DNA from: an uncultured virus (IMG/VR IMGVR_UViG_3300042545_001275)
Taxonomy: Duplodnaviria > Heunggongvirae > Uroviricota > Caudoviricetes
IMG/VR virus record: IMGVR_UViG_3300042545_001275
Location: 1 to 64,000 of that record
DNA length: 64,000 nt
Direction: 5' to 3' (one strand)
Positions 57,985-64,000 of the stretch are shown in pieces (the stretch's first letter is position 1; every line of letters begins with the position of its first letter). A program made the position numbers and the translations under genes. A model generated the notes under the pieces. That model ran no database searches and was not told where the DNA came from. It saw nothing but the letters and a program-made list of their open reading frames with translations.

Positions 57985-58914
57985 ATGAGAAAATTGACCA
58001 TTGGAATGGCGACTTATGATGATTATGATGGTGTTTATTTTACAATTCAATCAATTAGAATGTATCATAAAGAAGTTTTAAATGATATTGAATTTGTAAT
58101 AATCGATAATAATCCATCTGGAAATCATGCAAAACCAATCAGAGAATTGACTGATTGGATAAAAGAACCAGTTCAATACTTTCCATTTACTAAATTTAAA
58201 TCAACCACTGTAAAAAATAAAGTATTTGAAATAGCTGACACACCATATGTGATGTGTATTGATAGTCATGTATTACTAGAACCAGGATGTTTAAAAAAAT
58301 TAATAGATTTTTATGATGCTGGTCTTGATAATGGCAATTTATTACAAGGTCCGCTTATATACGATGACTTATCAAACATCTCAACACACTTTGATTTAAA
58401 ATGGAGTGGTCACATGTGGGGTACATGGGCTACCGATGATAAAGGAAAAGACATAGATTCGCCACCATTTGAAATTCCAGCACAAGGAATGGGTTTGTTT
58501 TCATGCAGAAAAAATTCTTGGTTGGGATTTAATAAAGAATTTCGTGGATTTGGCGGAGAAGAAGGATACATTCATGAAAAATACAGAAAAAACGGTAAAC
58601 AAACGTTATGTTTACCGTTTTTGAAATGGCTCCATAGATTTGGTAGACCATCAGGAGTTCCTTATGTTAATGATCTAAAAGATCGTTTTAGAAATTACAT
58701 GATTGGATTTATTGAACTTGGTTTAGATACAACAGAACTTAAAAATCATTTTAGTCAAGCTTTATCTAAACAAGATATTGAAGCTATAGAGCAAGAAAGC
58801 ATTCTTTTAAATAAAGAATTGGATAAAATTATAAATCCAACCAAAACTATAAAATGCATTGATGTTTACTGTCAAGACAAAACACCCAATTCAATTTCTG
58901 TGTTAACATCATGA
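57985..58914 (+). CDS. GT-A fold glycosyltransferase (GT2/GT27-like)
   Basis: LTIGMATY, FVIIDN, DxH motif CIDSH, GMGLF, FGGEE, LHRF...PY. Confidence 0.8.
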   Translation: MRKLTIGMATYDDYDGVYFTIQSIRMYHKEVLNDIEFVIIDNNPSGNHAKPIRELTDWIKEPVQYFPFTKFKSTTVKNKVFEIADTPYVMCIDSHVLLEPGCLKKLIDFYDAGLDNGNLLQGPLIYDDLSNISTHFDLKWSGHMWGTWATDDKGKDIDSPPFEIPAQGMGLFSCRKNSWLGFNKEFRGFGGEEGYIHEKYRKNGKQTLCLPFLKWLHRFGRPSGVPYVNDLKDRFRNYMIGFIELGLDTTELKNHFSQALSKQDIEAIEQESILLNKELDKIINPTKTIKCIDVYCQDKTPNSISVLTS

Positions 58915-59111
58915 AGCATTGCTGGATAGCGTTCTTCGATATAATGTTCAATAGCCACTGGTTTTAAAAAATTATCAACATCCAGCTTTAATTCTTCGGC
59001 TTTCCCTTGAATAAACTCAAGGGCTTCGATTAAACACGCCCATCTAGCGAAAGAAACGCTGTTCATTTGTTCAACTGTACCATTTGCTCGTTCGATTATT
59101 ACTTTGTTCAT
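58872..59111 (-). CDS. hypothetical protein
   Basis: 79-aa ORF, ARWACLIEALEFI...KPVAIEHYIEERY. Confidence 0.6.
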   Translation of the reverse strand: MNKVIIERANGTVEQMNSVSFARWACLIEALEFIQGKAEELKLDVDNFLKPVAIEHYIEERYPAMLHDVNTEIELGVLS

Positions 59112-59120
59112 GCCAGAATA

Positions 59121-59615
59121 TTATTCTAGTTTTTTATTAATCAAATTTTCAAAAATTGTATTATTATCAGCTGGTTGAGCAACCAATATGCTGTCATAAC
59201 TTATAAAAATTTTATATTTTTCTTTACAATTTTTACATTCTGTTAAGTTTTCAGAATTTGGGAGAAGTATCCCTTGAAATAAATCACTGCCGCAATTGCA
59301 AGGTATGTTTACAAACTGTTCATCTAATAATCTTTCATACTCTTGAATAACTTCGTCTTTTTCATTTATCAATTCTAACAATTCCTCTGAATTTACATCA
59401 TTGTTGTTGGAATTTTGAGTATTTTTAGTGAGATTTATTATAAAATAAATACCCGTTAGTAAAAAAATCAAAGAAATTAAAATAAAAAAAGAACTTTGGA
59501 ATGGAATAGATAAAAAACTCAACCCATATGAAAATGCAGTTGTGAATATCAGACCAATAGCAAAGACGAAAGAATGAAATTTAATATTACTTATCATCAA
59601 CATCCATTTTACCAC
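59121..59615 (-). CDS. membrane protein with two TM helices and C-terminal Zn ribbon
   Basis: Two hydrophobic segments; CNCG...CKNC; start uncertain. Confidence 0.6.
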   Translation of the reverse strand: MVKWMLMISNIKFHSFVFAIGLIFTTAFSYGLSFLSIPFQSSFFILISLIFLLTGIYFIINLTKNTQNSNNNDVNSEELLELINEKDEVIQEYERLLDEQFVNIPCNCGSDLFQGILLPNSENLTECKNCKEKYKIFISYDSILVAQPADNNTIFENLINKKLE

Positions 59616-59949
59616 CTATAGCATGCTTGTCAAGGATGTTGTCCACATTTTTAAAAAGATACATCACCAATTTGTCCATATTGTTCTTTAATTTAGCCAA
59701 TTCCTTTTTATCCTTGATATTATTAGATTCTAACAATGGTTCTATGGTTTTTGATGCTTTTATAGCATTTTCTACTATCATTGCGAAACAAATTGGCAAT
59801 TCTCTTAACTCGTAAGGTAATAAATCTGGAGATTTATGTGTTTCTTTCTCTTCTTTTTTACGTTCTTTGAAATTTCTACTATCATTAAAATCAAAATTGA
59901 TATTTGCAGATAAAAAACCAGTCGCATATGGAGAATCTTTGCTTCGCAT
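59587..59949 (-). CDS. hypothetical protein
   Basis: ATG at 59949 (MRSKDSPY) is 5 nt after TAAATA; track start 60012 overlaps the divergent gene. Confidence 0.55.
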   Translation of the reverse strand: MRSKDSPYATGFLSANINFDFNDSRNFKERKKEEKETHKSPDLLPYELRELPICFAMIVENAIKASKTIEPLLESNNIKDKKELAKLKNNMDKLVMYLFKNVDNILDKHAIGGKMDVDDK

Positions 59950-59983
59950 ATTATTATTTATCAAATAAATACTAAATATGAAT

Positions 59984-60481
59984 ATGAGCAATTTATACGC
60001 TAAGAGATTCAAAATGATGTTAGAAGCTGATGAAGACCTTTCATTAGAAAGAGACGCTATGGAAGCTTCATTGGATGATAATACAGACCCAGCTCAATTC
60101 GATGCTAATATTGATGATTTGGTGAAAGCGCAAACTGACATAGATGATGGCATTTCAAAAAGAAATGATCAAATAGTAACTGAATTGCAAGGTTGGATTG
60201 ATAATATTGATTCATTTTTGAAAATTCTTAATAGTGGAGACAGTGCAAGTATGCAATCAAGACTCGCGAACGCTGAACCAGACACTATTTTTGATAAAAT
60301 GAAGCAGTCCCAACAAACTAAAATATCCAGAGTTGCATCAGACTTAGCTTCTCTTCATCAGGCATTCCTTGGATTTATGGCACAGACCAAAAATCCAAAA
60401 TATAAATATGTAGCTATTCCATTAGCATTTGGATTGAGTATGTTGGGCATGATTGGTCAAGTATCCTCATTTTTCTGTTAA
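59984..60481 (+). CDS. hypothetical helical protein
   Basis: MSNLYAKRFKMMLE leader; ATG 5 nt after TAAATA (track start 59978). Confidence 0.6.
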   Translation: MSNLYAKRFKMMLEADEDLSLERDAMEASLDDNTDPAQFDANIDDLVKAQTDIDDGISKRNDQIVTELQGWIDNIDSFLKILNSGDSASMQSRLANAEPDTIFDKMKQSQQTKISRVASDLASLHQAFLGFMAQTKNPKYKYVAIPLAFGLSMLGMIGQVSSFFC

Positions 60482-60493
60482 TTAATATAAAAT

Positions 60494-61594
60494 TTAAATT
60501 TTATTAAACAATAATTTAAATTTTACAATAGCCGATGGTCCACATTGGCTATTTTTTTTGATAAAATCTATAGGAACTTGATCTATTTTCTTATCAATAC
60601 ACAATTCATTGAAATCTTTAAACTGTTTATACTTCTCAGGCCAAATAAACACACATTCATCTTGTTCTAATAACACTATACTCTTTTTTCTTGCGGTTTC
60701 ATCAATCCATTGATTGTCCAACACCCAAATCTTATTAAAGAACTTAAGTTCTTCCAATTGTTCCAACTGAATCGTTGTAAACTTGTGATACCCCTCGTTG
60801 ATACCCGCTACAGCTACTCCATTACGCACAAAACAGGCATCCAGCGGTCCTTCGAATATAAATACATCATCTAGTGAAGGATCCACCCTTTCTATCCCAA
60901 AAATTGATTTATCGGAGTTAATTTTTGATAAATAATTTGGTTTTTCATCCCATTTAACAACTTTTCTGGTCTGATAATGAATAAATTTACCAGAAGTATC
61001 TAAAAATGGTATAACTAATCTATTTTTATGATTAAAATCATTTAAAGATATATAAAATGCGCTTGGTTTATTGATTGCAGTGTCTAATCTACGAGATTTT
61101 AAATAATCTAAAGCAGTTTGAACTATATTATTATCTTTATAATACTCTAATTGAATAGAATCGAATAAATTAATGCAATCATCTGGTAAAGATGGGGTTT
61201 TTTTAACTTTAACAGACTCATTTATTGACATCACATCCAATAAATCATAAGAATCATCTGATATTTCACGACGAATTTCATCATAATTCATCCCAGAAAC
61301 ACGCATAATCCATTTTAAAGGATTACTACTCCATCCACAGTTATGGCAATATATTAAATTATTTTCTGGTATATAAAAACAACGTTTCTTTTTTCCAAAA
61401 CTTTTACCTTCTTTGCATATTGGGCAAGAACACTGATATGTATCATTGAATCTATTATGTTTTGGATAAAATCCCAACTCAAAAAACTTAGCTATTACAT
61501 AATCAGTAGGTAATTCTTCAAGTTTTTTCGTTTTCTTCGTGTTGAGCCCTCGCAATATTGCGGACAAATTTTGGGAGTCTTTCAACATACTCAA
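60494..61594 (-). CDS. gp61: DNA primase (gp61-like)
   Basis: Zn finger CPIC...CHNCG, YLKSRRL, RLVIPF, TOPRIM FEGPLD, WVLDNQ, KDFNE. Confidence 0.92.
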   Translation of the reverse strand: MSMLKDSQNLSAILRGLNTKKTKKLEELPTDYVIAKFFELGFYPKHNRFNDTYQCSCPICKEGKSFGKKKRCFYIPENNLIYCHNCGWSSNPLKWIMRVSGMNYDEIRREISDDSYDLLDVMSINESVKVKKTPSLPDDCINLFDSIQLEYYKDNNIVQTALDYLKSRRLDTAINKPSAFYISLNDFNHKNRLVIPFLDTSGKFIHYQTRKVVKWDEKPNYLSKINSDKSIFGIERVDPSLDDVFIFEGPLDACFVRNGVAVAGINEGYHKFTTIQLEQLEELKFFNKIWVLDNQWIDETARKKSIVLLEQDECVFIWPEKYKQFKDFNELCIDKKIDQVPIDFIKKNSQCGPSAIVKFKLLFNKI

Positions 61595-61790
61595 TTATAC
61601 CTTCGTTTAAAGCAAAGTCAAACTTATCTAATGGTACTTTTCTATTTTCCATCAGTGGAGATGCTAAAAAATCATAATCATCTTCATTTTTTGATATCAA
61701 AATAAACATTTGACCAGCATAATCACCAGTTTGGACTGCGTATACATCTCCAAATCTTGGACCTTTTTTAAAAAAGTTAAACATAATCAA
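61518..61790 (-). CDS. hypothetical protein
   Basis: 90-aa ORF in replication operon. Confidence 0.6.
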   Translation of the reverse strand: MIMFNFFKKGPRFGDVYAVQTGDYAGQMFILISKNEDDYDFLASPLMENRKVPLDKFDFALNEGIIEYVERLPKFVRNIARAQHEENEKT

Positions 61791-62080
61791 CCATCCATTA
61801 TTTTTCTGTTCATAAAATCTCCAAATTCTTCTATGAATGCATTGTCCAAAGCTGATTTATCCAGCTTTGTTTTGCTCATAGTGAGCCTAACTGGATTTCC
61901 ATCTATATCATAACCTATCAACTTAAAACAAGTTAAAAATTCACTCAGCGATGCTGTAATGGCTTGATTTAATATTACCTTAGATGGTTTTTTTCTATCA
62001 TCTTTTAATTTTATTTTTAATGAATCTATTAAAAGTTTTTTAATTTCATCATCTGAATAATTGTCATCCCCATTATCCAT
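61787..62080 (-). CDS. hypothetical protein
   Basis: ATG at 62080 is 5 nt after TAAATA (track start 62098); LSEFLTCFKLIGYDIDG. Confidence 0.6.
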   Translation of the reverse strand: MDNGDDNYSDDEIKKLLIDSLKIKLKDDRKKPSKVILNQAITASLSEFLTCFKLIGYDIDGNPVRLTMSKTKLDKSALDNAFIEEFGDFMNRKIMDG

Positions 62081-62104
62081 ATAATTATTTAATGTCACAC
62101 AATA

Positions 62105-62452
62105 TTAAATTGGAGATTCTTCTTTTTTAAAATATACGTGGTCATCATACTTCTGAGGAACCATTTTTTCCAACAATGTTGTGATTATAATTTCCATCGA
62201 GCTTGTTTTTAAATTATAATTTTTTGGAAAGAATGACCCACCATCATTTATTTCAAACATGAGATCTCCTTTAAATTCTTTATTTTGATAACATGTTATC
62301 ATGACGCTTCTTCCGCCAGGATCTACCATAACGCTCCATTTTCTAGGATCTTGCTGTCCATAATCTTTAAATAATTTAATTGCAATGAATCCCGAATCGC
62401 GGAGTCTTTTTAAGAAATAACTAAAGGTTGATATTTTATTTTTATTATTCAT
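62105..62452 (-). CDS. hypothetical protein
   Basis: 115 aa, YFLKRLRDSG...DPRKWSVMVDPG. Confidence 0.65.
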   Translation of the reverse strand: MNNKNKISTFSYFLKRLRDSGFIAIKLFKDYGQQDPRKWSVMVDPGGRSVMITCYQNKEFKGDLMFEINDGGSFFPKNYNLKTSSMEIIITTLLEKMVPQKYDDHVYFKKEESPI

Positions 62453-63171
62453 TTTACTAAACTTGATATAATATAATTTAGATAAACTTTTTCAAAATTC
62501 AAGTTTATATTAGCAACTCCAAACTTTGTATTGATTTTAAAATTAAAATCATTGTCTTCTATGAAAGTTAAAAGACGTAAATTATCTAAATTTATAATAA
62601 AATCAGATAATTCAAAATCTACATTTCCAGATGTTATACATATAACATCACTATTTGATGATGTTTTGTCTTGCAAACTCCAATATAATTGACCATCATT
62701 TGTATATATGTATAGTTTATTAGAATCTGAAAACGCAGAATTGGTTTTTAACAAATTTTTTATGAAATTTTTAGAAACATTAAATTCTATATCATAAGAT
62801 ATGCTTTTAATTTTCTCCAAACTCATTTTTGTTTTTGCAATGAGTCCATCTTCATATAGATGATATTTAAATTTTATCTTATTGCCTCTATATTCTAAAT
62901 TATTATTGTTTAAAATTAAAGTGATATCATCCGAACCATCGCACATTTTTAAAGCGCTTGATAGTTTAGAAACCGATGGAATGTTTAATACTTTTTCCTC
63001 TTCAAAATCGATTTCTGTTCTTCCCCACAATATTAAAGATGCGTCTTCGCTGTTTGATATAAAATAAATTTCGCCATTCTTAATATTAAGAATGGCGGTA
63101 TCATTTATTTTAGATAATGATTCTAATAAAAAAAGAAAGTTACTTTTGTTAAGAATTATCTTCTGGCTCAT
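62449..63171 (-). CDS. gp45: sliding clamp (gp45-like)
   Basis: 240 aa, FLLESLSKINDTAIL, two-domain clamp pattern, C-terminal YIIS; next to gp32 and primase. Confidence 0.75.
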   Translation of the reverse strand: MSQKIILNKSNFLFLLESLSKINDTAILNIKNGEIYFISNSEDASLILWGRTEIDFEEEKVLNIPSVSKLSSALKMCDGSDDITLILNNNNLEYRGNKIKFKYHLYEDGLIAKTKMSLEKIKSISYDIEFNVSKNFIKNLLKTNSAFSDSNKLYIYTNDGQLYWSLQDKTSSNSDVICITSGNVDFELSDFIINLDNLRLLTFIEDNDFNFKINTKFGVANINLNFEKVYLNYIISSLVK

Positions 63172-63592
63172 GTTGTATTAATGTAAGTAATTTATCAATT
63201 TTTTTATTTAAATCTTCTAATATTTTATTCTGTTTTCTTAACAATTCATTTGTCGTCTCTTGCTCAGATTTATTGAATTTTAATTCTAACTGATTCTCAT
63301 CAACTGTAGATTGTGGTTGAATTTGAACTAGTTGTGGTGTTTGAGGAATCACAGGTTGATATGTTTGAGCAATTTCAATAGACTGAGGCGATATTACTGG
63401 CGTTTGACGCACTTGAGAGGATCTAAAATCTCTCTCAAGTGCATTTTTAATACCGCTAGATATCCCGCCATCCCTCATGCCATCAACTTTCGGTTGCTGA
63501 TCATTGAAATACATTGAGTCTATATCCTTACCCAATGCAAACATTGGACCAGCAAATTCAATCAATGCTTGTTTTTCTTCGGGAGTCAACAT
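63149..63592 (-). CDS. hypothetical protein
   Basis: 147 aa, Pro/Gln-rich linker, QLELKF, C-terminal coiled coil. Confidence 0.6.
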   Translation of the reverse strand: MLTPEEKQALIEFAGPMFALGKDIDSMYFNDQQPKVDGMRDGGISSGIKNALERDFRSSQVRQTPVISPQSIEIAQTYQPVIPQTPQLVQIQPQSTVDENQLELKFNKSEQETTNELLRKQNKILEDLNKKIDKLLTLIQHEPEDNS

Positions 63593-63594
63593 AT

Positions 63595-64000
63595 TCAGCT
63601 ATCGAGTTGATCTAACAATGCATCGATTTCATCATCGACATCTTCGATTTGTGGTTTGGTTTTTTTAACTTCTTTCTTTGCAGGGAAATCAAAAGGGATT
63701 TCATCTTCTTCATCTTCTTGATCATATTTCGATGCTGTAGATTTAGCTACAACTGATGATGGTTTTGTTTTTTCAGTATCTGAAGATTTCCCAAAGAAAT
63801 GAGTGTTTAAAATTTCTTCAAGCTCGTCAAATGTTTTAACTGGATAAATCTGTTCAAGATCGTGAACCTTTGAATAGATATCCTCAATTTCTTCATCATC
63901 AAGATTTAGAACTGGCTTGTTATAAAAGCCAGAAGATTCAAATGTGGTATAATCACCACGACCTTCCGCTTTGATCTTCAAATTAGCACCTTCTGGACCA
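63595..64000 (-). CDS. gp32: single-stranded DNA-binding protein gp32, 3' part (truncated by window edge)
   Basis: EGANLKIK...YTTFESS.F...VHDL...KTFDEL and acidic tail DDEIDALLDQL; frame open to window end. Confidence 0.85.
   Translation of the reverse strand, partial: GPEGANLKIKAEGRGDYTTFESSGFYNKPVLNLDDEEIEDIYSKVHDLEQIYPVKTFDELEEILNTHFFGKSSDTEKTKPSSVVAKSTASKYDQEDEEDEIPFDFPAKKEVKKTKPQIEDVDDEIDALLDQLDS

Noticed and set aside
1..64000. Stop-codon reassignment
   Set aside because: Conserved genes are full length in the standard code, and TAA, TAG and TGA all end genes.
1..64000. tRNA or rRNA genes
   Set aside because: No cloverleaf or rRNA-like sequence seen; intergenic gaps are mostly too short. 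Not checked by software.

Overview
AT-rich segment of a large T4-like (myovirus) phage genome, standard genetic code. It holds the tail/baseplate module (gp27/53/48-like, tape measure, gp26-like, tube, sheath, gp3, gp25, gp6, gp7-like), a gp14-like neck gene, several fibre genes, a cluster of probable capsid-internal proteins, replication genes (gp44 clamp loader, primase, gp45 clamp, 3' end of gp32 SSB) and many glycan genes (rmlA, rmlB, an NRS/ER-type rmlD, a GT9-like and a GT-A glycosyltransferase, a sulfotransferase). Highlights: (1) the large terminase is fractured into two genes carrying the halves of an atypically split intein (37-aa IntN, 112-aa IntC), inserted just after the Walker B motif, with a free-standing endonuclease between them; (2) a cassette of Thr/Pro-rich mucin-like proteins sharing a C-terminal CxxxCxKLGY tag, two Cys-rich nucleotidyltransferase-like paralogs and a glycosyltransferase with polypeptide GalNAc-transferase-like motifs, suggesting a phage mucin-type O-glycosylation system; (3) about 32 genes have TAAATA only 4-10 nt before the start codon, implying leaderless late mRNAs; (4) an LRR array with only non-synonymous, adenine-compatible variation. 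All product calls come from motif recognition and synteny; no database searches were run.
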